A stretch of 64,000 nt of DNA. It comes from Candidatus Woesearchaeota archaeon (GTDB lineage: Archaea; Nanobdellota; Nanobdellia; Woesearchaeales; 0-14-0-80-44-23). A model generated the notes under the pieces. It made no database searches. It saw only the letters and a list, made by a program, of their open reading frames with translations, and was not told the DNA's origin. Below are positions 39,504 through 49,324 of this stretch, piece after piece; within the stretch, counting starts at the first letter, position 1, and each line of letters starts with the position of its first letter. The stretch spans positions 32,001 through 96,000 of the forward strand of contig JAVZCZ010000001.1 of NCBI GenBank assembly GCA_038874135.1, read 5' to 3'. Both the position numbers and the translations under genes were made by a program.

Positions 39504-39980
39504 TTAAGGGCTGTTGAAATATTCTGTTATTCTGTTGTATAAGTCCTTTAACCAGCTCTTTCCTGTTTCAATGCCGTCCTTAACCTTTTCTTTTACATAT
39601 TCTTTGATTATTTCGTCCTGCGTTGTGCCTTTAAATTTTAGGAAGACCTCTTTCTGTTCCTGTGCGCTTAGGTTTTCCGCGATGTCATCTATGCTTCCAA
39701 CTATTAGGTCTTTAGTGCCTTCCCTTATCGGGTACTTCCCGTTGGGGCTTGCAAGATACACTTCAACTAGTCCGCTCTGATTCTTTTCTATGTCAATGCT
39801 CAGCTCGTACGGCTCCTGGTAGAATCCCTGTTCTACCTTGTAATTCTGAGGAAATACCTGTGAACTCGTCTTTCTGAATATGTTGTTGAAGTTCACAGCG
39901 TCCCCCACTGCCATTGTTCCGGCTAGTGCCCCCACTACAGCTATTGTCCCAACAATTTTTCCCAGCATTCCCGCACTCAT
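39504..39980 (-). CDS. Membrane-anchored/exported hypothetical protein
   Basis: N-terminal G/A-rich TM segment; GAGGAG RBS; C-terminal amphipathic helix WLKDLYNRITEYF. Confidence 0.75.
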   Translation of the reverse strand: MSAGMLGKIVGTIAVVGALAGTMAVGDAVNFNNIFRKTSSQVFPQNYKVEQGFYQEPYELSIDIEKNQSGLVEVYLASPNGKYPIREGTKDLIVGSIDDIAENLSAQEQKEVFLKFKGTTQDEIIKEYVKEKVKDGIETGKSWLKDLYNRITEYFNSP

Positions 39981-40110
39981 TTTACTCCTCCTCAGTAATT
40001 TTATTTGTATTGCATTTGCATTAATTTTGGACTTTATTTTTAATAAGGATTTGCCGTTTTAAATGGGAAAGTTTTCATCTTTTCTGAAGGAATTTCGGAA
40101 TAGTTTATTC

Positions 40111-40554
40111 TTATTCAATTGTGAACCCTTCGCTTTTAAGCTGGCATAGGATGTGATACCCTTCAACTTTTAATGCACCCCTTTCTTCTAGTTCATGCTG
40201 AAACTCTTCTACCTGTTTCAGGTTTGCAAAGATCATTTCAGCATAGAAGTCAAACCCGCCTCTTATCCTTTGAAGAGTGTTGATGTGCGGGCTGTGAGCA
40301 AGTAGCTCAGCCATCTCGTTAATTCTTGCCCTGTCAGATTTTATTAGGTATACTATTCTGAGCCAGTACCCAATCTTGGAAAAGTCAATTAGCGATACAT
40401 ACTTCCTTATTATACCATCTTCTTCCAGCTGCTCCAGCCTGCTGAAAACTTTTGTAACTGGAATATCAATATTGCGCGCGATTATTGCTGTGCTCTCCCT
40501 AGCGTTCCTCCTCAGCTGGCTTATTATCCTTCTGTCGTTTATTTTCCTCTTCAT
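40111..40554 (-). CDS. Lrp/AsnC family transcriptional regulator
   Basis: DRRIISQLRRNAR..IAR..RLEQLEEDGII..IDFSKIGY plus a RAM-like domain. Confidence 0.9.
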   Translation of the reverse strand: MKRKINDRRIISQLRRNARESTAIIARNIDIPVTKVFSRLEQLEEDGIIRKYVSLIDFSKIGYWLRIVYLIKSDRARINEMAELLAHSPHINTLQRIRGGFDFYAEMIFANLKQVEEFQHELEERGALKVEGYHILCQLKSEGFTIE

Positions 40555-40581
40555 TTTCGTTCGTCCTCCTCTTTCTTATTT

Positions 40582-41643
40582 TCAACTTCCAAAGATTATC
40601 TTCTTAGCAAGGTCGCACTTCTGATTGTATTCCTCCCAATTTCCACTTGTGTTCTTTATCAGAAGCTTTACATAGTATTTCCCGTAGGGTGTTGTTATGT
40701 CAGTGTATATTGCGCTCCTGTCCTTCACCATATAGAAGTACGCCTTGTTTCCAACTTCTCCGTTTTCAATATTCCCATCCACTAGTGTGTCTAGAGCTTT
40801 CTTCTGTTCATATGTTAGAATGTTTACCGCTCGTAATATTCCGTATAGCCCCGTCCAGTCGGACTTTGCAAATTGTTTCTTATACATCTCCGGCAGGTAT
40901 TGTTTTAGGCTCGGGCTGTCTTCCCTGAATATGGCGTCAAAGTATAAGCTTAATTTTTCTTCAAACCTTTTTCTTTCCTGAGCAGTTGTGCTTTCGTTGT
41001 CATTTTTCAGCTGCGGTGCATTTTCCTGAGTTTTTGTTTGCTGTGCTGCGCTCTGCTGATATACTGCCGCTGGGCTTTTATTATTACTCAGGCTCTGGCT
41101 TTCCTGCGCGGTTGTTTGGGCCAGTTGTGTAGTGGAGATTGTTATTGGCGTTTCTTCCTTCTTCTTTTTGTTTTTTTCATCTTGTGTGTATTTGCTGTTG
41201 AAAAGTTCTGTAGTGTCATAAAAATTTTTTATTATAATGTTTTCATAGAGCCAAAGCATTATGTTTATGCTGCTCTTTCCAGGAAATTGTGAGCCGTCTA
41301 ATTTTTCATTCAGCTCTTTTAAGTATTCAGCTTTGTTCTGCAAATTAGAATCTCTTATTGCTTCGCTGAGAAGTTTTGAGCAAGTTGCATATTCTGAGCT
41401 CATGCTTGCCATAAGATTATTATAGCTTGGCGTATGAGCCCAGATTCCAAAGCATACAAGTGCAGCCGCGGCTGCCTTTCCAATTTTTGATATTACTCTT
41501 TTTGCAGTATTCTTCCTTTTTCTAGAAAGTTTTATCTTCTCTATTATAAGTTGCTGTGCAGACCATTCTGCCTCTCTGTTTAGCACCCTTCTGGAAAGCT
41601 CTTCCGCTTCGCTTATGAGCTCTTCCAATTTTTTTTCTTCCAT
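40582..41643 (-). CDS. Membrane-anchored hypothetical protein
   Basis: TM segment KAAAAALVCFGIWA, T/Q/S-rich linker and a globular C-terminus. Confidence 0.7.
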   Translation of the reverse strand: MEEKKLEELISEAEELSRRVLNREAEWSAQQLIIEKIKLSRKRKNTAKRVISKIGKAAAAALVCFGIWAHTPSYNNLMASMSSEYATCSKLLSEAIRDSNLQNKAEYLKELNEKLDGSQFPGKSSINIMLWLYENIIIKNFYDTTELFNSKYTQDEKNKKKKEETPITISTTQLAQTTAQESQSLSNNKSPAAVYQQSAAQQTKTQENAPQLKNDNESTTAQERKRFEEKLSLYFDAIFREDSPSLKQYLPEMYKKQFAKSDWTGLYGILRAVNILTYEQKKALDTLVDGNIENGEVGNKAYFYMVKDRSAIYTDITTPYGKYYVKLLIKNTSGNWEEYNQKCDLAKKIIFGS

Positions 41644-41728
41644 ACACTCTTTTTAGAATTTTTTATTTTTTATAAGAATTAGCAGTCAAAAATTGAAGGA
41701 TTTTCAAAAATTTTATTTTAGAATGTAT

Positions 41729-43354
41729 TTACACTGATTCAAAAAGGCGTATTGCCTTCTCTCCAAGTGTTAGCAGGAATGGTGCCAGCCGAGGACCTCT
41801 CTCCTTGTTTAGCAGAACCAGGTATCCTGCTTTGAAGAACTCTTTTGAGTCAATTCCTACCTCTTTTATCTTAGCATACATCCTCTCTGAAAACTCCTTT
41901 TCGTCAGAATGTCTCTCTTTTAGGAGCTTGGCAACTGCTCTTAATGCTTCCCTCTGCTTCTCAGATAGTTTAATTTCAGGATTTACCTCCTCTTGCAGCT
42001 TAAACCTGCTCTCCTCAGGAGCGTAGTGCTCAACCCAGAAGCGGGCTTTTTCTATCCTGTTCATTATCCTGTCCTCTTCACCCTCATCGTAATGCCCAGT
42101 TTTTTTCAGACTTGTTATTATTGCATCTCTTTCTCTGAACAGCTGGGCTAGTACTGCTGCGTGGGAGAAGCTCATCTTTAGCGGCTTCTCCCTTCTTATC
42201 GCGCTGACTTCATATAACCTTTTTAGGTGTGCTTCATCATTCTTGTTCTCCAGGTGCTGTTCTCCGAAGTATACTGCAGCCGCTCTGTCATACTCATCAT
42301 AAATCTGCGGCAGGTCTTTCCAAGAGAAGCTTCTTGTCTTCATCAGGCGCTTATTGTAGAAGTATCTCAGATGTTCCGGCTCTGCAACCTGAAGCCAGTC
42401 CTTAGGATAAACAACATTTCCCAAAGATGCAGACATCTTCATATTGTCAATCATTAAGTGCTCATAAAATATGGGCTCGGGCATTGGAAAGTCAAATACT
42501 CTCTCCACAATTTCGCCGTTGGTCCAGAATGCGCTCATAGGCACCTGATATTCCTTGCCAGCACCTTCTGTGCAGACACTCCACCTCGCCCATTGGGCCG
42601 CCCACTCGCTCTTCCACATAAGTTTTCCTTTGTCTCTTGACGGATCTGCCCAGCCTTCATGTCCGCACCCCTTTGCCGTTTGGGTTTCAAACTTGTAGTC
42701 CGAGCATTTGTAGTGCACCCTGCCGCCCTTTACTTCTATCACTCTTGTTGTGGATATCTTTCCGCACTTCTCACAAACTGGAACCCAAGGGCTCCATCCG
42801 GACGGTATTGGTGTTGTTCTGTATTTGGACATTATGCTTTTGATGTCTTCAATTTTTTCCATCGCTCTTAATATGTATTGTGAAAAGTTTCCCCTGTCGT
42901 ATTCCTCCTGCATTGAATATATCTCAAGGTCGGAGTGTACAAATTTTCTTATCACTTTGAGGTATTCTGATTTGTGGTGTTCGGCATAACTCTCGTGGCA
43001 ACCCCACGGGTCAGGCACTGAGGTTATGGGCATTCCTATGTACCTTACATACTCTTCAGGCACTCCTGCAGGCACCTTTCTCAGAGGGTCCATATCTTCT
43101 GCTACCCAAATGTATCTTGCCTTTACTCCCAGCTCTTTTAGTGCCATGAACACTGAGTCGCCCCTTATCGTGTCGCTCAGCCTTCCTATGTGCAGAACTC
43201 CTGATATTGAAGCTGAACTTTTCACTACAAATTCTTTTCTTTCAGGAATTTCTCTATCAAGGTAGTAGAACCTTTTTCTTTCAACTATCTTCTTAGCGAG
43301 CTTGTCAGCCCAGAATACTGAATCCTCTTCACCCTGTTTTTCTTCTTCTGCCAT
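41729..43354 (-). CDS. lysS: Class I lysyl-tRNA synthetase
   Basis: SGVLHIG, DMDPLRKVP, GKLMWK, KMSAS and GPRLAPFL motifs. Confidence 0.96.
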   Translation of the reverse strand: MAEEEKQGEEDSVFWADKLAKKIVERKRFYYLDREIPERKEFVVKSSASISGVLHIGRLSDTIRGDSVFMALKELGVKARYIWVAEDMDPLRKVPAGVPEEYVRYIGMPITSVPDPWGCHESYAEHHKSEYLKVIRKFVHSDLEIYSMQEEYDRGNFSQYILRAMEKIEDIKSIMSKYRTTPIPSGWSPWVPVCEKCGKISTTRVIEVKGGRVHYKCSDYKFETQTAKGCGHEGWADPSRDKGKLMWKSEWAAQWARWSVCTEGAGKEYQVPMSAFWTNGEIVERVFDFPMPEPIFYEHLMIDNMKMSASLGNVVYPKDWLQVAEPEHLRYFYNKRLMKTRSFSWKDLPQIYDEYDRAAAVYFGEQHLENKNDEAHLKRLYEVSAIRREKPLKMSFSHAAVLAQLFRERDAIITSLKKTGHYDEGEEDRIMNRIEKARFWVEHYAPEESRFKLQEEVNPEIKLSEKQREALRAVAKLLKERHSDEKEFSERMYAKIKEVGIDSKEFFKAGYLVLLNKERGPRLAPFLLTLGEKAIRLFESV

Positions 43355-43414
43355 TTTTCTATTTCACTTTTTAATTGTGTGTCTGTAATTTATAAAAGCT
43401 TATGCTCCCTGACA

Positions 43415-43579
43415 TTATTTGATGAGTCCTTCCATTTTTGCTTGTCTTCTGTATTTGGCATATCTGTCTTCGGGACTATACCTTGCTGGTTTGGGACTTA
43501 TTGTTTTTTCATTGCAGCTTGGGCACTTATCTCTCATAGTGTATTGAGAGCATTTCGGGCACTTGAGAATGTGCTTCAT
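43415..43579 (-). CDS. nop10: H/ACA RNP protein Nop10
   Basis: ILKCPKCSQYTM..CPSC..PARYSPEDRYAKYR; follows eif2a. Confidence 0.93.
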   Translation of the reverse strand: MKHILKCPKCSQYTMRDKCPSCNEKTISPKPARYSPEDRYAKYRRQAKMEGLIK

Positions 43580-43581
43580 TC

Positions 43582-44379
43582 TCATCCTTCCTTTCTTGAG
43601 AATTCCCACTCGCTGTTATGTTCTTCTACAAACTTTGAGATTGCCTCAGTAAATGCGCTTATGACCTTTTCAATCTCCTTATATTCGTGAGAGGTGAATG
43701 CCACATTGTAAGTGCCTGCCCCAGCGTATTTTATTTCAACCTTTACATTTGGATTCTCTTTTTGACAGGCATTCATGCCCCTTTTTATGGCGTCTTTTAT
43801 TATTTCAATCCCATTAGGCTCGTAGCTTGTGAGCTTAAGCTCTCCCTTTATGCTTACAAACTCTGGCTTCATCCTCTGAAGAATTACCTTTGTTATGTGC
43901 TCTGCAACCTGTTTTTCAACTCCAAGCTTTTCCAGCGATTCTGAGCCATTTAGCACCTTTGCGAAGCACGAGTTCAGATCTTCGTACTTAGCGAATACCT
44001 TGCTTGTGACCTCCTCGTAAAGCTGCTTGAAGTCCTTCTTGAGACTGTAAGCCACATTTTCAACTATCTTCTCAGCCAGCTGTTCTTTCTTCATCCACTC
44101 AATCTTTTCCTGCCTTTCCTTGTTGTTAACCCTTCTGAGCGATAAATCCACTATGCCCCTTTCAGGATCTACATGGAGAACCTTGCACACTATCAGCTTG
44201 CCTTCCCTTACATAGTCATTCATGTTCCTTATTCTTCCGGCAGCTATTTCAGATATGTGTATCATACCCTCCCTGTCATACTCGTCCAGCTTAACGAATA
44301 CTGAGTGGAAGAGCACCTTGGTTACAGTGCATATTACTATTTGTCCTTCTTCCGGAAGTCCTTCTTTTCTGTATAGCAT
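43582..44379 (-). CDS. eif2a: Translation initiation factor 2 alpha subunit
   Basis: S1 domain (LDEY..EGMIHISEI, VDLSLRRV) in the eS27-eif2a-nop10 context. Confidence 0.95.
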   Translation of the reverse strand: MLYRKEGLPEEGQIVICTVTKVLFHSVFVKLDEYDREGMIHISEIAAGRIRNMNDYVREGKLIVCKVLHVDPERGIVDLSLRRVNNKERQEKIEWMKKEQLAEKIVENVAYSLKKDFKQLYEEVTSKVFAKYEDLNSCFAKVLNGSESLEKLGVEKQVAEHITKVILQRMKPEFVSIKGELKLTSYEPNGIEIIKDAIKRGMNACQKENPNVKVEIKYAGAGTYNVAFTSHEYKEIEKVISAFTEAISKFVEEHNSEWEFSRKEG

Positions 44380-44380
44380 T

Positions 44381-44566
44381 TTAGTCCAGAATCTCCAGAA
44401 TTCTTGATTTTATTCTCGTCTTGCCTCCTGTTGGTTGAGCTATCACCTTGCCGCACACTAGGCACTTTATCTCAGTTGTGGCCTTTCCAAAGATTATCTG
44501 TTCGTTCTTGCACTTCGGACATCTTACTTTTACAAACTTTGAAGTAGGCTCTCTTACCGGCTTCAT
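44381..44566 (-). CDS. rps27e: 30S ribosomal protein eS27
   Basis: SKFVKVRCPKCKNEQIIF..CLVCG..PTGGK. Confidence 0.96.
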   Translation of the reverse strand: MKPVREPTSKFVKVRCPKCKNEQIIFGKATTEIKCLVCGKVIAQPTGGKTRIKSRILEILD

Positions 44567-44701
44567 TTTGAAATTCCTCCTTTAAAACAAATCTCTTGCT
44601 GGAATGGTTTTACCTTCTCCTTTTAAATATTTCTAAAATAGTGAGAAGCGGGGACAGTTCTGCAAAAACTTTTAAATATGCTAACACTCTGAAACCTTCT
44701 G

Positions 44702-45979
44702 ATGAAACAGCAGATTGAAAGGGTAAGGGGTACGAGGGACTTCTACCCGGAGGAAAAGAGAATACAAAACTACATCTTTGAGGTGTGGAAGAGTGCCGCC
44801 TTAAAGTTCGGATTTGAGGAGATGGACGGCCCACTTCTGGAGCCTGTTGAGCTCTGGCATGAGAAGTCCGGCTCTGAGATTGAAGAGCAGATGTATGTTC
44901 TCACAGACAGGGGTGGTAGAAGACTGGCAGTCAGGCCTGAGATGACTCCAACTCTTGGAAGGATGGTTGCTCAGCGCTTCAAGGAGCTTACTAAGCCGAT
45001 TAAGTGGTTTTCCATCCAGCGTTTCTGGAGGTATGAGAAGCCGCAGTCTGGAAGGCTCAGGGAGTTCTGGCAGCTTAACATTGACACCTTGGGCACTGAG
45101 AGTATGAAGGCGGATTCTGAGATAATAGCGAGTGCAGTTTGGATAATGCGCTCCTTCGGACTCGCTAAGGATGACTTTGTGGTCAGGATAAATAATAGGC
45201 GTCTTTTATCCTCACTTCTCAGGAATGCTGGCGTAGATGCTGAGAAGGTTAAGGATGCCTGCCGCATTCTGGACAAGAGGGACAAGCTTTCCCCTTCAGA
45301 TTTCAGGCAGATGCTTTCTGATTCTGGGATTTCAAGTTCAGCTGTTCAGAAGATACTCAACTTTGAATCGCTAAAAATTGAGGATATCTCTCAGATGGAT
45401 TTAGACGAGGAGGGAAAAAAAGGGCTTTCAGAATTGAAGGAACTGCTTTCGTACCTTTCAGCTTACGGAATTTCTGAGTATTGCAAGTTTGACCTCACCC
45501 TGGCGAGAGGGCTGGACTACTACACTGGAACCGTGTTTGAAGTGTTTGACACTTCTAAAGAGTTTAGAGCCATTGCTGGCGGAGGCCGTTATGATAACCT
45601 CGTTTCACAATTTGGCGGGGACAAGTGCCCCGGCGTTGGTTATGCTATGGGTGATGTAGTGTTAGAGCTCTTTCTTAGAAGGAAGGGCAAGCTTCCTGAG
45701 CTTAATAGAGAAATTGACTTTTTTGTAGCGTGCACATCTGATTCTCTGTATTTTAAGGCTGTTGAGATTGCTCAGAGGCTTAGGCAGAGAAACTATTCTG
45801 TTGCAGTGGATGTTATGGAGAGAAGCTTGTCCAAGCAGTTGAAGTATGCAAACACTATTGGTGTAAGGCGTCTGCTCATCGTGGGTGAGGACGAGCTCTT
45901 AAAAGGTGCTGTTAAGCTTAAGGATATGAATAGTGGCTCAGAATCCATACTGCCCCTTTCTTCACTTGATTCCATTTAA
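44702..45979 (+). CDS. hisS: Histidyl-tRNA synthetase
   Basis: RGTRDF, RPEMT, RYEKPQSGRLREF, RGLDYY and GGGRYD motifs. Confidence 0.97.
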   Translation: MKQQIERVRGTRDFYPEEKRIQNYIFEVWKSAALKFGFEEMDGPLLEPVELWHEKSGSEIEEQMYVLTDRGGRRLAVRPEMTPTLGRMVAQRFKELTKPIKWFSIQRFWRYEKPQSGRLREFWQLNIDTLGTESMKADSEIIASAVWIMRSFGLAKDDFVVRINNRRLLSSLLRNAGVDAEKVKDACRILDKRDKLSPSDFRQMLSDSGISSSAVQKILNFESLKIEDISQMDLDEEGKKGLSELKELLSYLSAYGISEYCKFDLTLARGLDYYTGTVFEVFDTSKEFRAIAGGGRYDNLVSQFGGDKCPGVGYAMGDVVLELFLRRKGKLPELNREIDFFVACTSDSLYFKAVEIAQRLRQRNYSVAVDVMERSLSKQLKYANTIGVRRLLIVGEDELLKGAVKLKDMNSGSESILPLSSLDSI

Positions 45980-46017
45980 GAAAATTATTTAAATAGCGAA
46001 TTCTATAAAGTATTTCT

Positions 46018-46518
46018 ATGCTTTCATCATTCGTAAAGAAGCTCCTCTTCGCTAGCGAGTTTATGCTGCAGGACGGCAGGAATGAGATGCTTGGCGAGAG
46101 GCAGGCGTTAATCCCTTCTAAGCTGCTTACTCAGCTTCAGGACATATCACCTAAGAAAGCTTACGAAATAAGTAAGAGAATCATGAAGGAAGAGACTGAT
46201 GTTGTTACTCAGAAGATTGGAGAGAGCAAGGCTGAAATGATTACTGCTATGAAGGACTTCTTTGAAACCCTGGGCCTTGGCAATTTGGAAATAGTAGATC
46301 TGGACCTTATAAAGAAGAGAGCCATATTTAGAATTCATGACAGTCCTATAGCTGTGGCGCACATATACTATAAGAAAAAGGAGAACTGTAGTATCACCGC
46401 CGGGGTTATTGCTGGAATGATGTCTTCAATATTTGATACTGACGCAGATGCTATAGAAAAGGAGTGCATGGTAAATGGGAGTGCGTACTGCGAGTTTGTA
46501 ATAAAAACTGAGGAATGA
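46018..46518 (+). CDS. V4R-domain protein
   Basis: GLG..., HDSP, C.ITAGVIAG and EKECMVNGSAYCEFVI. Confidence 0.88.
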   Translation: MLSSFVKKLLFASEFMLQDGRNEMLGERQALIPSKLLTQLQDISPKKAYEISKRIMKEETDVVTQKIGESKAEMITAMKDFFETLGLGNLEIVDLDLIKKRAIFRIHDSPIAVAHIYYKKKENCSITAGVIAGMMSSIFDTDADAIEKECMVNGSAYCEFVIKTEE

Positions 46519-46534
46519 AAAAGAGGGATGAAAT

Positions 46535-47290
46535 ATGATGCGCTGTAAAACTGGGATAAAGGGCTTTGACGAGCTGGTAGAGGGCGGATTTCCTAAGGGC
46601 TCTACAATCCTTATAGCAGGAGATCCGGGCACTGGAAAAACCATATTCGGATTGCAATTCATTTATAACGGCGCAGTGAAGTTTAATGAGAAGGGGCTTT
46701 ACCTCTCACTTGAACAAACAGCAGATGCCATCAGGAACCAAGCTCTCCAATTCGGTTGGGACCTCAAAAAGCTTGAGGAGCAGGGCAAGCTTAAAATAGT
46801 CTCAATACCCGTTAGAGATATAAGTTCAACTACTGCCAGGGAAATTTTGGAAATGTGCAGAAATGAGGGAATAAAACGCTTAGTGATTGACTCCCTATCC
46901 ACCCTTGCAATAAACGCTCCCATATACGCAACCCATCAAGAGCTATCAATAAGGGATGTAATTAAGGAAGATGTATTCTTTTCACCCCCAATAATGGGGG
47001 ACATGATTGTTAAACGGTTCATCTACACCTTCATAAATGACCTGCAATCCTTAGAAGAAACCACAACCGTCCTAATCTCGGAATCCACAAGTTACAACTC
47101 ATTCCCTGAAAATGCGCTTGCAGAATTCTTAGCAGACGGCGTTGTTCACATAAGCTTTGAGAGCATGGGCGGCACATACTCTAGAAGCCTGCTGGTAAGA
47201 AAGATGAGGCAGACCAAGAATGATGAGGACCTTCACCCATTAGAAATATCTAAGGAAGGCCTCATTGTTCATAGCCTGGAAGAGAATTAG
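46535..47290 (+). CDS. Single-domain KaiC/RAD55-like ATPase
   Basis: TGIKGFD..GGFP, GDPGTGKT, LVIDSLS, ADGV and VRKMR motifs. Confidence 0.93.
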   Translation: MMRCKTGIKGFDELVEGGFPKGSTILIAGDPGTGKTIFGLQFIYNGAVKFNEKGLYLSLEQTADAIRNQALQFGWDLKKLEEQGKLKIVSIPVRDISSTTAREILEMCRNEGIKRLVIDSLSTLAINAPIYATHQELSIRDVIKEDVFFSPPIMGDMIVKRFIYTFINDLQSLEETTTVLISESTSYNSFPENALAEFLADGVVHISFESMGGTYSRSLLVRKMRQTKNDEDLHPLEISKEGLIVHSLEEN

Positions 47291-47316
47291 GCATCTTAGG
47301 AGAGCTCGGGGTAGCT

Positions 47317-48522
47317 ATGAAAAAGCAGTTAATCCAATTAATGAGCAGGATAATTGGCTTCAAAGCAATCTCGTTTGACGGACACCACATAATCCTATTG
47401 AAGGTGCCCATGATTTTTATTCCATACGAAACGCTTGTAAGGTTTCAGGAAGCATTAGTTCAGAAGTTGGGCTTTGAAACCGCATACGCTATAATGTTCG
47501 GCCTTGGAAGAATACAGGGTTATAATGGTACTAGTATATACATAAAAAATTATAATATCCAGCCGGACGCTTCAGACCTGAACTTCTTTCTTGAACAGGC
47601 ACACCTTGTTGGACTTGGCAAAATAACTATTGAAAAAGTTGATATGGAAAGCAGGCACGGTATTCTCATATATCACAACTCGCCTGAAGCTGTTAAGTAT
47701 AAGGATCTTTACGGCTTGCAAAAGAATCCTGTTGACTTATACCAGCTCGGGATGATTTCAGGAGCAGCCCAGGCAGTTCTTCGTGGTAAGGACATAATCG
47801 GGATAGAGAAGCAGTGCCTTGCCAAGGGCGACCCGAACTGCTTTATTGAGCTCAAAGAGCGCGATGTTTGGCTTTCTGAAGGTGAATATTCTAAACAGCT
47901 TCCAGCACAATTGAAAGATGTGGAGCAGCTCAGTAAGATTGAAACACTCTCTTCACTCCTTGAACCGATACAAATTGATGAAGAAGATATATCACCTCTT
48001 ATGCTTCAACTTTCTAAGCTGAAAAAAAATGTTTACACATTCAGCGAACAGGGAATAAACCTTTTAGATATCAACGGCATGATCACCCCTATAGAAATCT
48101 TGAGCCTGCTGGCATATGTGGCTAATAAGCTGAGTGCAGACGATGGAGCCGAGATATTTTATAATACCGGATTTGATGAGGGCAAACTGATTTTTGAAAG
48201 TTTAAACAGGGTACTCCACTTTAAAAGGGACTTCTCATCAGTTAGCATGGCTTTTGAAGCAGTAGGCCTTTTGGGACTTGGAAGTGCTGAACTTCTGCGC
48301 GCTGATATGAAAAGCACAAGTTTTCTGGTTAAGGTTAAAGACAACTATCTTGCTAAGAAGTACTTGAAGTTTTTTGGAATGCAGAAGAAACCATTTGACC
48401 ATTACTTGACTGGAATTCTAGCGGGAATAGCCAGCTCTCTCACAGGCGAGAAGCTTACTGCTTCTGAAGTGAAGTGTGTCGTGCAGGGCGCTCAGGCTTG
48501 CACTTTTGAGATAAAAAAATAA
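47317..48522 (+). CDS. Tandem (double) V4R-domain protein
   Basis: Two modules ending EKQCLAKGDPNCFIE and EVKCVVQGAQACTFEI. Confidence 0.88.
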   Translation: MKKQLIQLMSRIIGFKAISFDGHHIILLKVPMIFIPYETLVRFQEALVQKLGFETAYAIMFGLGRIQGYNGTSIYIKNYNIQPDASDLNFFLEQAHLVGLGKITIEKVDMESRHGILIYHNSPEAVKYKDLYGLQKNPVDLYQLGMISGAAQAVLRGKDIIGIEKQCLAKGDPNCFIELKERDVWLSEGEYSKQLPAQLKDVEQLSKIETLSSLLEPIQIDEEDISPLMLQLSKLKKNVYTFSEQGINLLDINGMITPIEILSLLAYVANKLSADDGAEIFYNTGFDEGKLIFESLNRVLHFKRDFSSVSMAFEAVGLLGLGSAELLRADMKSTSFLVKVKDNYLAKKYLKFFGMQKKPFDHYLTGILAGIASSLTGEKLTASEVKCVVQGAQACTFEIKK

Positions 48523-48530
48523 GATCTCAA

Positions 48531-49313
48531 CTATTTCTGCGCGACTACCAGATCATCTATTCCTTCTCCAGTTTTTGGATCTCTGTAAAAATCGTTTGAA
48601 AAGTAGAGGATGTTGAACCCGGCATACATTACCCATCTCTTAAATTCTTCTGAAGCGTGCATTGGGTATCTTCCAGAGAGCTGTCCTTTGTGAAAGTTCT
48701 CGTTCTCCCTCTTTGCAGCCCTGTATTTTATGAAGTGGTAAACTGTGGGTAGGATTGCAAATACTCCATATCCGCTCTTTTTGAAGTCCTCATAGGTCCA
48801 CTTAAAAATCTGTTTACTCCAGTTTTCAACTTTTAGTTCTCTTCCTATATCTACTGCAATCATCACTCCGCCAGGCTTGAGCCAATGGTATATGTTCCTT
48901 ATTACTTTCTCAGGTTTGCCGGTGTAATTCAAAACATGGGTTATGTTTATTAGGTCAAAGAATCCTTCCGGGTAGGTGTTTATGTCTGTGCAATCTGCCT
49001 GTTCTAAGCGGATTATTTGTTCAAGGGACTTTGTTTGTACTTTTTTCTTAGTTATTGCTAACATGTCTTCGCTATAGTCAGACGCGTATATCTTTAAGCC
49101 ATCGTTATGTTTGAGAGCTTCATATATTTCAAGTGTAAAATTTCCAGTTCCGCAGCCTATATCTCCAACTATCTTGGCATTCCTAGCGTATAGGGATATT
49201 AAATCTCTGTAAACAGATAGAAGACGCTGATACTCTCTATTGTGCTTAGCAAGTTCGTCGTAAGGGCTGGCTTCGCTGGTGCCAGCATAATTTCTCAAAT
49301 TTACTTTGCTCAT
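48531..49313 (-). CDS. Class I SAM-dependent methyltransferase
   Basis: DIGCGTG, ASDYS, ADC, FDLI and LKPGG motifs; GAGGTG RBS. Confidence 0.93.
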   Translation of the reverse strand: MSKVNLRNYAGTSEASPYDELAKHNREYQRLLSVYRDLISLYARNAKIVGDIGCGTGNFTLEIYEALKHNDGLKIYASDYSEDMLAITKKKVQTKSLEQIIRLEQADCTDINTYPEGFFDLINITHVLNYTGKPEKVIRNIYHWLKPGGVMIAVDIGRELKVENWSKQIFKWTYEDFKKSGYGVFAILPTVYHFIKYRAAKRENENFHKGQLSGRYPMHASEEFKRWVMYAGFNILYFSNDFYRDPKTGEGIDDLVVAQK

Positions 49314-49324
49314 TTTTTTCACCT

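Noticed and set aside
33034-41643. Provirus or integrated mobile element
   Set aside because: No integrase, transposase, capsid, terminase or att repeats were seen.
46535-47290. Circadian clock kaiC
   Set aside because: Single ATPase domain and no kaiA/kaiB; it fits the generic archaeal KaiC-like family.
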